DNA from: a virus | Taxonomy: Duplodnaviria > Heunggongvirae > Uroviricota > Caudoviricetes | DNA: 28,166 nt | Direction: 5' to 3' (one strand) | Virus record (IMG/VR): IMGVR_UViG_3300033075_000957 | Span: 128,001-156,166 of that record | Shown here: one piece after another, positions 9,699 to 18,841 of the stretch | Numbering within the stretch: position 1 is the first letter of the stretch | Layout: each line of letters begins with the position of its first letter | The notes under the pieces: model-generated | What the model was told of the DNA's origin: nothing | What the model saw: only the letters and a program-made list of their open reading frames with translations | Database searches by the model: none | Position numbers and translations under genes: made by a program

Positions 9699-10572
9699 TG
9701 ATTACCTCTTTAGGCACGGCCTTATCTAAATAGTCTGAGCCGTCCATAATAATCGGCTCTACGGTTCCGTCTTCAAATTCTATATTTTGCTTCATCTTCG
9801 CTATCTTGTTTTCGGTAGCTATACGCCAGAGTTCCTCGTCATCAGCAACCTCTGCTCTCCTAGCCCGATCCGTCATCATAATAACTAAACTCGCGAACGT
9901 GTCTCCGCCAATCTTTTGAGTCTTTTCACGCTGTTCACGAGAAGCGTTTAATAGTTTCTGCAAGTTGTTAAATTTATCGGTAAGATCTTTAATATCTTTA
10001 TTAAGTTCGATCTGAATCAGATCGGCGGATTCAAGTTTTTGATGCAGGATTCTTTGCTGCTCGTCCGATTCATCGATAGTCATATCTAGCGATTCTAATT
10101 CGGCATTAAGCTCCTTAAGCATCTGATTGTATCTGCTATATTTTTCCTGATTATCTTGCAGACGCAATTTGACCATGATGGCTAGCTCAATAGCATCTTC
10201 TTCCGAAGGAGTAACGTCTTTAAGCTGGATATGCCAATCGGTCCACTGTTCTAGAAATGATCGCAGACTAACTTTATCATATATTTCTGCAATTTTTTTA
10301 TACCGATCAGTTTTGATAAATTCGTTTTTTAATTCTTCACGACGGCTAAGAATTTTATCTTTTTCTGAACCAGACTTCTTCTGTACCGTCGCATAATATT
10401 CACCCTGCTTCTGTCTTGAAGCATGAATACCAAGCTTCATCGCTTTTCTATAAATAGTATCATCGGATACTCCAAATTCTTTGGCAATATCACTATAACT
10501 TTTGTTTTCCCGCAAAACCATATCAGCTAGTCTAGCGGATTGTTCCGGTGTTAATTTTGGTTTTGCCGCCAT
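9637..10572 (-). CDS. N-terminal HTH plus coiled-coil protein, probable terminase small subunit
   Basis: HTH SYSDIAKEFGVSDDTIYR, a long coiled coil, and a position upstream of TerL. The TerS role is inferred from synteny. Confidence 0.55.
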   Translation of the reverse strand: MAAKPKLTPEQSARLADMVLRENKSYSDIAKEFGVSDDTIYRKAMKLGIHASRQKQGEYYATVQKKSGSEKDKILSRREELKNEFIKTDRYKKIAEIYDKVSLRSFLEQWTDWHIQLKDVTPSEEDAIELAIMVKLRLQDNQEKYSRYNQMLKELNAELESLDMTIDESDEQQRILHQKLESADLIQIELNKDIKDLTDKFNNLQKLLNASREQREKTQKIGGDTFASLVIMMTDRARRAEVADDEELWRIATENKIAKMKQNIEFEDGTVEPIIMDGSDYLDKAVPKEVISGQINADKTENSDEETSEGA

Positions 10573-11084
10573 TTGTTCCTCAATTCCATAATCTTGCTTT
10601 GAAGTCTATATCTATAATAAGAACCGACGTTTTCTCCGCTCATGCAAGAAAACATCAGTTCGATAAAAGTCATATCCATTTCTTTAAGTAAATATTCAAA
10701 AAACTCTTCATCTTCGTGATGATTCAAAGGATCAGGAATATCCATGCTCGATAAATCTATCGGATGATGTAGATTCACTCGTTTTTGTTTGTCAAACTCT
10801 GTATCCTTTTTCCTTGGCTTATGTTTTACTCCAAAACGATCGCGATAAAAATTAGTTAAACGATTAGAAATTAACGCATTTAACCAACTTTCAAACGCCT
10901 TCTCAGGATCTTTGTTCTTACTTTTAGTATAGTGATATTTAGGGAGAGCAATTAACGCAATCTGATGAACTTGCTGACTAATATCTTCTTCGTCATGAAT
11001 GTCAAATGTTTTTCGTTTGTGATTCTCCGCAACCCTCTTGATTACAGCTAATATTTGTTCCCGATTTAAGTTCGTGTTCTCCAT
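10551..11084 (-). CDS. Sigma-70-like (region 2) protein
   Basis: DEEDISQQ...ALPKY...FESWL..LISNRLTNFYRD resembles sigma region 2. The C-terminus is degenerate. Confidence 0.65.
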   Translation of the reverse strand: MENTNLNREQILAVIKRVAENHKRKTFDIHDEEDISQQVHQIALIALPKYHYTKSKNKDPEKAFESWLNALISNRLTNFYRDRFGVKHKPRKKDTEFDKQKRVNLHHPIDLSSMDIPDPLNHHEDEEFFEYLLKEMDMTFIELMFSCMSGENVGSYYRYRLQSKIMELRNKWRQNQN

Positions 11085-11244
11085 CGTTCAATAACTTTCC
11101 TATAGCACTCTGTTCTTCTTCGGTTAATTCATCCGTTTCTTCCGAAGCGATTGCTGTGGTTAAAAGCAACATTTCTTCTTCTGACAGACCAGAAACAACT
11201 TCTGGCTCAATTGATCTAATTACTTGATTATAGTCTTGTTTCAT
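11002..11244 (-). CDS. Small acidic hypothetical protein
   Basis: 80-aa ORF filling the gap between genes, downstream of two GTGTAT motifs (11310-11331). Confidence 0.55.
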   Translation of the reverse strand: MKQDYNQVIRSIEPEVVSGLSEEEMLLLTTAIASEETDELTEEEQSAIGKLLNDGEHELKSGTNISCNQEGCGESQTKNI

Positions 11245-11260
11245 TTATAAATTCCAAAAA

Positions 11261-13267
11261 TTATCTTCTTTTACGAATTGCAGTAAATACTGAGCCGTTT
11301 AATACATAAAATACACCAAAATTATATACACCAATACCACCGCTACCTTCAACTAAATCACTAAATCCAGCAGAGACATACGTCATCAAATTGCTTGCCG
11401 TAAATCTGTTATCCCAACTTCCTTTTCTATTAGCAAGTGCTCGTAAAATAAAGCTTTCTTCACCAGAAGCGGTGGATAATCCAAGCGAACCGATATATGA
11501 GACATCATCGCGACTTACAGCATCCCATACGGGCAGACTACCGGTCCCATAAACAGAACTTGAATCACCCAATCCGTTCATTAAGTGCTGCCAGTTGTAA
11601 CTAGCAGTATCGGTAAACGATACATACGAACCGGAAGGTGCTTGACGCCAGAACGTATTGCCGGAAGATAGATAGGAGCCCTGTCCAAAACCAATCACGG
11701 TTTTATAAGCTACGCCTTTAGTATATGCCGTATCGCCAGTAGCGTAAGGTTCAATCAAGTAATTTTTGACAAACTTGAAATTATTTTCTGGCAACTTAAT
11801 ATAAGGTGATCCGTGTACCGTTTTTGTAACACCAAACGAAACGGACGAGCCTGCGGGATTTCGGCTGCCGATCCAATCGTATACAATATTGCCACTAACT
11901 AGAACAGGATGTGTAGTATTATCCCACGGCCAACTAAATTCTGAAAATGACAGGGCGATGCAGTTTCCTGACGATGTTCCGGCTCGCGTCAGAATATTAT
12001 TGCTCATGTTCATGCTGTTGATACGTCCAGCACCGATACCTTCGCCGCGAGCATTATTACCATCATAACTTCCGGTTGCACCAAGAATATTAGAAGGTTT
12101 CATGATCAGATTTTTAATAATATCCGCTTGATGGAATCGAATAAACGAATTGTTTAATGTATCTGCATAAACATCGTTGTAATTATTTTGATCGTGACCA
12201 AAAGGAATTGCGAATCCAGCCCGCATGATAACGTTGCCACTTACAAGATGGCCCGAACCACCACGCAACTGAATGCCACCATAACTTGGTTGATTAATAA
12301 TGTTGCCGCGAAATTTAAACTGATCATTATACGATCCAGCTACATAAAACGCGTGATTTCTCGTGCTACCGGGTGATCTACCAGAAGGATCATAAGGATA
12401 ATGTCCAGCCTTATCGACAACACAATCTATTATTTCAGCATTGGCCACACCGCCAAAATAACACGCAGTAGAATCCTGACCGTTCAATGCGTAAATCTTT
12501 TCAAACTGACATCGATTTAACAATAGATTGTAGTATGGGTCTTCGCTGTCCGAATTAATCGCACCTTTAAAATATGCAAAACGACAATCGTCAAGAACGT
12601 GAATTTCAGTTGGATCAGAACTGGTATAAAAACGAATAGCCGCCGAATTCAAATTAACTACGTTATCAAACTCGTATGAAACATAAGCAGGATCACGACG
12701 AACACTATGCCAATCAATTGACTTAAACGCCACATTGCTTTTAGTACTGGGAGAACCGAGTAAAATCAGCGATGTCTCGGCACAAGTAATTTTCGGTCGA
12801 TCGCCTGTAACCGAGCCGTACGCGTCAACAAGAGCGGGATATTGAGCCGATAAACCTCTGAACGGCCAGCTTTCATGAATATTGGTTTGTAATTTAACAC
12901 CGGTATTAAATACCGAACCGCGTTTGAGTAAAAACCAGAATGATCCGGAGGTTCCGTGAGTTTGATATACCGCATCCATTGCGTATTCAGGACTTAACCA
13001 TCCAGAAACAGACGAAGAAGGAAGTAATGGATCAGAACCGATGGTGCTGTCGCCGTAGTTATAAATTAAACCTGTAGCGTGACCGTTATCCGGGTCCACA
13101 TAAACTATACGCGTTTGAATCGCACCGCTTGACGGATAAAATACGGCCCAACCACCAGACATAGTAGGAAATACCTGACTATAATTCGGAGTCATTTTTT
13201 GAGCCGCAGTAAAACTAACCGGCACAGCACGGTTAGGGGCAGAAAATTTGGGCAGATATTTAATCAT
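11261..13267 (-). CDS. Right-handed beta-helix (pectate-lyase-like) virion protein
   Basis: Repeating Asn-ladder rungs (FRGNII, VSGNVI, IIKNLI, MSNNIL, VSGNIV) and HAFYV/GIQLR. Confidence 0.7.
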   Translation of the reverse strand: MIKYLPKFSAPNRAVPVSFTAAQKMTPNYSQVFPTMSGGWAVFYPSSGAIQTRIVYVDPDNGHATGLIYNYGDSTIGSDPLLPSSSVSGWLSPEYAMDAVYQTHGTSGSFWFLLKRGSVFNTGVKLQTNIHESWPFRGLSAQYPALVDAYGSVTGDRPKITCAETSLILLGSPSTKSNVAFKSIDWHSVRRDPAYVSYEFDNVVNLNSAAIRFYTSSDPTEIHVLDDCRFAYFKGAINSDSEDPYYNLLLNRCQFEKIYALNGQDSTACYFGGVANAEIIDCVVDKAGHYPYDPSGRSPGSTRNHAFYVAGSYNDQFKFRGNIINQPSYGGIQLRGGSGHLVSGNVIMRAGFAIPFGHDQNNYNDVYADTLNNSFIRFHQADIIKNLIMKPSNILGATGSYDGNNARGEGIGAGRINSMNMSNNILTRAGTSSGNCIALSFSEFSWPWDNTTHPVLVSGNIVYDWIGSRNPAGSSVSFGVTKTVHGSPYIKLPENNFKFVKNYLIEPYATGDTAYTKGVAYKTVIGFGQGSYLSSGNTFWRQAPSGSYVSFTDTASYNWQHLMNGLGDSSSVYGTGSLPVWDAVSRDDVSYIGSLGLSTASGEESFILRALANRKGSWDNRFTASNLMTYVSAGFSDLVEGSGGIGVYNFGVFYVLNGSVFTAIRKRR

Positions 13268-13270
13268 ATA

Positions 13271-13891
13271 TTACGACCAAGAAAGCACACCAGACGGGCT
13301 AAGCACAACGGATGATCGGTTACCCAATGCATCAACCGTCATTGTAATACGATTCAGGCTTCCGGATACAGACGAGAATGAAATCAGTCCGGAAGTATAG
13401 GTTGCACCACTCGCTTTACCTAACGCAAACGCGGCAAGCAGTTTCATTGTATCGACTAAACTGTAACCATCGATACCAGTTGTTGATACATCACCAATAC
13501 GGGAAGCCGAAGCGTTGAATCCGGTATTATCGTACATGGCTTCAAGATTATCTGCCGCAGTCTGGTCGCCGCTAATTTGAGCCACGTTAACATCTGGAAC
13601 TGACGATCCTGTAGTAATAACAACCGGATCTAATTGATAATTCGGATCAGAATCCGCAGAACAAAAAACAATAAGATCGGCATTCGTTTCTGTCTGCGTC
13701 AGATCGAAGATATACATACCAGCGGAAATTTCGGTTGGATTCACATCATTACTCGCCGTAGCCGATCCGCCGTCTTTTGAAACGGTTGCGGTAATAGTGC
13801 TTGCTCGCCCGGTAGCGGGATTACCAGTTACTTTATTGTAACAAAAAACAGCTATTTTTTGAGACGCGACATTTTTATACAAAGTTTGCAT
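13271..13891 (-). CDS. Hypothetical virion structural/adaptor protein
   Basis: 206 aa, beta-rich N-domain (GMYIFDLTQTETNAD), VNVAQISGDQTAADNLE, C-terminal RITMTVDALGNRSSV. Confidence 0.6.
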   Translation of the reverse strand: MQTLYKNVASQKIAVFCYNKVTGNPATGRASTITATVSKDGGSATASNDVNPTEISAGMYIFDLTQTETNADLIVFCSADSDPNYQLDPVVITTGSSVPDVNVAQISGDQTAADNLEAMYDNTGFNASASRIGDVSTTGIDGYSLVDTMKLLAAFALGKASGATYTSGLISFSSVSGSLNRITMTVDALGNRSSVVLSPSGVLSWS

Positions 13892-15012
13892 TACATCATC
13901 CTCGGAGTTCTAATTAAATTGCCTAAGCGTGTTGCACCCGCTCCGTTAGCGTATTGACTGCGATTATAAATTCCGGTTGCCCGTGAAGAATAACGGAAAT
14001 CTTTGCCACTGACATCTACGAATACATCGGTTGCAGCCATGATTCCTGTTGGAGAAGAGAGCGGAATAAAATTGCCGTAACCGGTCGAAGCGGCAAGCGT
14101 GTTGTAACTCATATTATTGAACGAAGTTAAGAAAACGCCAGTACTATAAGAATAATCGATTACCCCGTTAGAATCGATTACGGCAGTTGTAGGACCAGAA
14201 TTATACGCGAAATTATTCGCGGTAGCCATCTGTCCACTATGACTAACGATCGAGTTTCGCTGACCGATGCAGTATTCAGTACAGTTAATAAAGCTGTTAC
14301 CAAAACTGTATCCATCACCAGCAGACGCGGATGCATTTCTGAGTCCGCGACGACATGTATCGAACACACAATCAATAACGGCTTCGGGATTGTTAATCTG
14401 TACGCCCACCCCTGATGGAGCCGAGAGATAGCATCCATACGCCATACCGTTCAAACTGTTTGCCAAGTTTAACGCGATACCGTTATTAACAATTCCGCTG
14501 GTGATTAAATCACAATTAATAACATTGCATCTAAAAGCGGTTGCAAGTGCCTGAGCCGAATTTCCTGTACTCATATTTTGTATATAACAATTATGAAAAT
14601 TACAATTGGCAGCAGTTACGTTTAAAAGCGTAGTGTTATTTAGACCACTAACATATACATTAGCAATCGTCACATAGGCACCGTTCGCGTTGGCGTATGC
14701 GACCGCACCGCTAAACGAAATTTTGGGCATATGATCAGTACGACGCCTAAATCCAGAAACCTGATGGTCGGCATATACTAAACCAGAAATATCGGAACAT
14801 CCAACGAAGTATGCTGGAGAAAAAACACTTAGTCCGGTCGGCGAAGTCGTAATAGAGCCTGTTACAATATGAACACCGTCGTTCAGTATTCTATATTCAC
14901 TATTGCCACTAGGGGCTCTTAAAGCGTCATTGATATTCATCGCGTTCGCAAGAGTTAGCCCGTCAAGGTTTTGAGCCGCATTTGCTCGAACATATCTAAC
15001 TGTAAGTGCCAT
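13891..15012 (-). CDS. Beta-helix virion protein
   Basis: Rungs such as NCNFHNCYI, VINCDL, IDCVFD and FGNSFINC, plus a C-terminal VFVDVSGKDFR. Confidence 0.65.
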   Translation of the reverse strand: MALTVRYVRANAAQNLDGLTLANAMNINDALRAPSGNSEYRILNDGVHIVTGSITTSPTGLSVFSPAYFVGCSDISGLVYADHQVSGFRRRTDHMPKISFSGAVAYANANGAYVTIANVYVSGLNNTTLLNVTAANCNFHNCYIQNMSTGNSAQALATAFRCNVINCDLITSGIVNNGIALNLANSLNGMAYGCYLSAPSGVGVQINNPEAVIDCVFDTCRRGLRNASASAGDGYSFGNSFINCTEYCIGQRNSIVSHSGQMATANNFAYNSGPTTAVIDSNGVIDYSYSTGVFLTSFNNMSYNTLAASTGYGNFIPLSSPTGIMAATDVFVDVSGKDFRYSSRATGIYNRSQYANGAGATRLGNLIRTPRMM

Positions 15013-16592
15013 TATCTAACTCCTCGTGGACGACCATTTTTAGCCGTTCTATCTATTGTATTAATTGCTGTATAACTAACGCCAGAGATCGAATTAAATG
15101 TGGTCGGGCTGGTAAGTGTAATAATTCCTAAACCAGCCGCTTCGCATCTGGCAATTTCAGCATTGTATAAACCAGTATTCGCAAACTCTGATGAATTCAA
15201 GATAGCCCAATTCTGATATCCGGGGAATACCGTATCAAGCCAAGGACAACGTAAACCGTCCCACCGATAAGACGGATAATATGTACATGGTATATAAGAT
15301 TGTGTTTGAGGAGTTTTAAACGCTTCGGCCAAGATAAATTTACCCGGACGCTCGTTTCTCAGTGTTTGAAGTACGCCCGTCATATATGGCCGTAATACCA
15401 CATCGGGCATCGCATCTAAACCAATTCCGTCAAACCAAACTAATGCACCGTTATCGATATTGAGTTTACAAATATCATGAGCGACAGGATTAATCGCATG
15501 GCGAGTCGCCGTAGCCAGATTGTAACCTGTAACAGTAGCGGTATCTAATTCCATTCGTAAGAATGGATCGTTCCAGTTTCCACTTGGTTGATAATATAAG
15601 TAACCGGCACCAATATAAAGATATACTTTTACACCATTAGCACGGGACCAGTCGTTAACCTGATAAAATTTACTTGCTAGATTTTCCGGAGTAGACTGAG
15701 CAATGTTCATCGGAAATTCGTAATTAGGTATCTTGCCCGGCAAACACCAAATCATTACTCCGTTTTCACCCTTAGCAGCCATGTTAGCTGGGGACGGGAA
15801 GAACGTTTCGAGTACAGTGTTCCAATCAACAGTTCCGCTTGATGGATATACTCCACTTATAATGTTATAGCCACGCGGATTACCCGAAGACTCTGTTTGT
15901 CCAAAGAATTGACCGTGAATACGTCCAGACATCACCGGAGGTCGCTGATTCGGCCATGCAGAAGTAAACCAATCTGTATAAGGCTGTATCATTGCCAAAC
16001 TGACTCCGGTCGTTACCGGATATCCGGAACACTCACGTAGCCAAATATTCCAGCTACGCGATTCACCCGAGGCATAGAAATCATTAATCTTTTCGGTACC
16101 GTGATCTGCCGTATAGCTGTGGTCGCCAAAACTTTCTATACCATACGATCCAGACACTATTACCGTACGAAGTACGTGAGCATATGGATAATTATTTGCA
16201 ATACCAATAGCTCTTGTTCCAGCGTGCAAACACATCGCTGGAATATTTAAACCGGCGTTAGCATCGTTTCCAGTAGAAAAGAACGAAATGCCCCAAAAGG
16301 AATTTCGAAGTGAATTAACATACTGAGCACCTATAGGGCGATTTTTCCAAGATATATCAGCAAGGAAAATACCGGTTGGCACATTGCCAACACCACTAGC
16401 TCCCCAACCACAATCTATACGCCACTTTAACGCGGGCATGTTGCCAGTAGTTAAATTACGAACAGTCACATCAAGATTAATACCAGAAGTGACAATAGTT
16501 CCTGTAACTGTAACGGCATAACCGCTACCTACAACCGAATTATCGGTCTTTGAAAATATACCGGAAGTGTAAGCGGCGATACTAAAAGGCAT
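15012..16592 (-). CDS. Putative glycoside-hydrolase-like (TIM-barrel) virion protein
   Basis: NGVKVYLYIG, WFDGIGLDA and FILAEA recall barrel strands of glycoside hydrolases; aromatic-rich. Confidence 0.45.
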   Translation of the reverse strand: MPFSIAAYTSGIFSKTDNSVVGSGYAVTVTGTIVTSGINLDVTVRNLTTGNMPALKWRIDCGWGASGVGNVPTGIFLADISWKNRPIGAQYVNSLRNSFWGISFFSTGNDANAGLNIPAMCLHAGTRAIGIANNYPYAHVLRTVIVSGSYGIESFGDHSYTADHGTEKINDFYASGESRSWNIWLRECSGYPVTTGVSLAMIQPYTDWFTSAWPNQRPPVMSGRIHGQFFGQTESSGNPRGYNIISGVYPSSGTVDWNTVLETFFPSPANMAAKGENGVMIWCLPGKIPNYEFPMNIAQSTPENLASKFYQVNDWSRANGVKVYLYIGAGYLYYQPSGNWNDPFLRMELDTATVTGYNLATATRHAINPVAHDICKLNIDNGALVWFDGIGLDAMPDVVLRPYMTGVLQTLRNERPGKFILAEAFKTPQTQSYIPCTYYPSYRWDGLRCPWLDTVFPGYQNWAILNSSEFANTGLYNAEIARCEAAGLGIITLTSPTTFNSISGVSYTAINTIDRTAKNGRPRGVR

Positions 16593-16606
16593 ATTAGCAT
16601 ATACAC
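16593..16606 (-). promoter_or_regulatory. GTGTATA putative late promoter, leaderless start (representative copy)
   Basis: Other copies lie at 330-336, 1961-1967, 2695-2701, 5444-5450, 11310-11316, 11325-11331, 17115-17121 and 17628-17634, all just upstream of minus-strand starts. Confidence 0.75.
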
Positions 16607-16621
16607 CAAAATGGGAAAAAA

Positions 16622-17107
16622 TTAGGCTTTAATTGCCTCAACCCAAGTTTTATTATTGACTATGCAATGGATAGTATAATACGCTACTCCGTATTTCTCT
16701 GCCAGTTTTCTCATCGATGTCCCTCCGGCATACGCCGCACGGATATCTGCCGCATTTTTTACACTTAAACAACTACGCCCATTCTCTACTCCATATCTGC
16801 CAGTAGATAAATCTTCATACGTCAAATTCACAGCCGCACAATTAGACATATTTCCATCGATGTGATTAATTTTATAGTAACCTTGCGGGGGCTCTGGAAG
16901 AAAATGCTGTGCTACTAAACGCTGCACTGGAATGATTTGCCACTTCTTTTTCGCCGACTTTAATTTCACGCACCACTTATCATTATATTTCATACGATCG
17001 ACTTCAACTGTAGTGCCACCTCCGATATCTTCGTAAACGATACCGTTATTGCCGATATAATAATTTGGATACTTTTCTCCGATAGATAGCGTCTCTATGT
17101 TTTCCAT
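16622..17107 (-). CDS. HNH (I-HmuI/NUMOD4-like) protein with C-terminal HTH, possibly degenerate
   Basis: VQRLVAQHFL...INHIDGNMSN..VNL and SMRKLAEKYGVAYYTIHCIVNNKTW. Confidence 0.8.
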   Translation of the reverse strand: MENIETLSIGEKYPNYYIGNNGIVYEDIGGGTTVEVDRMKYNDKWCVKLKSAKKKWQIIPVQRLVAQHFLPEPPQGYYKINHIDGNMSNCAAVNLTYEDLSTGRYGVENGRSCLSVKNAADIRAAYAGGTSMRKLAEKYGVAYYTIHCIVNNKTWVEAIKA

Positions 17108-17149
17108 AGAAGATTATACACTAAAACTATGATCTTGATTGACGAAAAG

Positions 17150-17612
17150 TCAAATTTTGACGTTAGGTGTAAAAGTTTGCGGAGAAACAATAAACATTCC
17201 GCTTGGGTGCATAGTAATTGTTAATATACTACCAGCGGGACAAGTAACGTCGGCAGGAGTGGCGTCCAAGATCGAATAGCATAAAATATTGCCACTAGCT
17301 ATATTTTCGTAGACCACAGCACCTAGCAATTATCGGACCACCAGAGGCATGCCAAGATACAGACGAATCAGAAACCGATGGGATAGTTCCGGAAATCGAC
17401 AGCGGTCCCATAGAAATACCACCAATAGTATAACTGTTAATATTGGGATGTTCATTAGTAAGTGCTGTATATAAAGTACTATCCGCCCCTAAATTCGATC
17501 CAGAAGTGAAAAGAGCCATATTGAAATTATCAGACCCCAAATTGAATGTGCCGTTAAGTAAATTCGTACGTCCGTTATTAGTAAAAAACCATGTGCTAGC
17601 TGTCATAATCAT
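17150..17612 (-). pseudogene. Frameshifted small virion structural protein
   Basis: After WHASGGPIIAR the sensible continuation (AVVYENIASGNILCYSILDATPADVTCPAGSILTITMHPSGMFIV...) is in the +1 frame from 17320 to TGA at 17150. Confidence 0.75.
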
Positions 17613-18794
17613 TCCTCTAGTACTCTATATACACGAAATCGCTAACGCAAAATGGAACGGTACGCAAGTTTCATTCATTATTGAAAATTCAGAAACTTCA
17701 ATAAAAATCTCACAAAGACCAAACGTGGTCGTCTACCTCGTCTATAATTTGTGGTCGAAAGGTTTTCACATTCAGCGTGTGACGGGGACCAGTACCTCGA
17801 TAACAAAGTGTATAAAAATGGCCGTGGAAATCCCATAACGTATATTGGGAAAGTCTGGAAATACTAGAAACGACGCGGTATTTAGGCCACCGGTAAGGAT
17901 TTTGACATAGCGGGGATTTCACATCACATTCTATTCGGGGCCATTTCTCCTTTCTGCCTCGGTTAGATAACGGATGCCTTCCTACGGGTTTCCTTACTCT
18001 CACACGCGTTATACGGATTTCTGGCTTTACAGGGCCTACGTATAGAGTAATACATAAGAATACAGTGTGTTTCACACTCAGTATTAGCCTTGTATATACT
18101 CTGTATTGTTGATCTCTGGAAAGGGCGTCGGTCTAAACTTATAAAATTCTAGCCTTATTGTGGACTGGACATTAAGGCTGCGTCGGGAAGTGGGAGGCAG
18201 AAATGCTTCCCATTTTCATTTAACGGCCCGCTACGGCGATTTGGGCCATGGAACGGTACACGAAGTGGTCAGTGATGCGTTTCGCCTCTAATACCCTTTA
18301 AACGCCTTTTACGCGGATTGATCATTTCTTGATCTCCCGTCCGATTCCAGAATGTAAAGTTTAAACTTTAAAAGTTGTTGAATGCACCGGCATCCCCTAT
18401 TCTAGTGCCAGTGAGGGTTTTGGCTCAAAAGGCCCCGCGATTTTTCATCCTGCTCTTTCGTACCGTCGATCGATTTCAAACTGATTAAAATAAGCAGATA
18501 ATCTAAACCCATAGGTTAAAAAGATTAACATACTCTAATCATCAATTGCAACAAACAACAAGGAGAAGGATAAGGACAAGGGCGAGGTTTTCTAAAAAGG
18601 GGGCGTGGGTAAAATGTGGATGCCACCGCCGCCACTCCCTGCTTTCAATACCTTCTGAAAGTTTTGCAATAACCCTCCCCCACCCCTATAGGGGATCAAT
18701 TGTTGAATTCTTTATTTTTTTATATGTTTAAACTTCTAACCTTGCAAACCCGATACAACTGGGTACACTTGTGCGGGGCGTGTAACCCCTTGGA

Positions 18795-18823
18795 TTGTAA
18801 CCCCTTGCAATGGAATTTAGAAT
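18795..18823 (+). promoter_or_regulatory. Sigma70-type promoter TTGTAA-17 bp-TAGAAT
   Basis: Canonical spacing. It overlaps the direct repeat TGTAACCCCTTG (18781-18792, 18796-18807). Confidence 0.6.
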
Positions 18824-18841
18824 ATGCTAACTTTTACCGAT

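Noticed and set aside
692-12975. Short ORFs overlapping or antisense to the late genes (e.g. 717..1085, 2074..2280, 6822..7160, 10169..10396)
   Set aside because: They are shadow frames of well-supported genes, with no SD or recognisable motifs.
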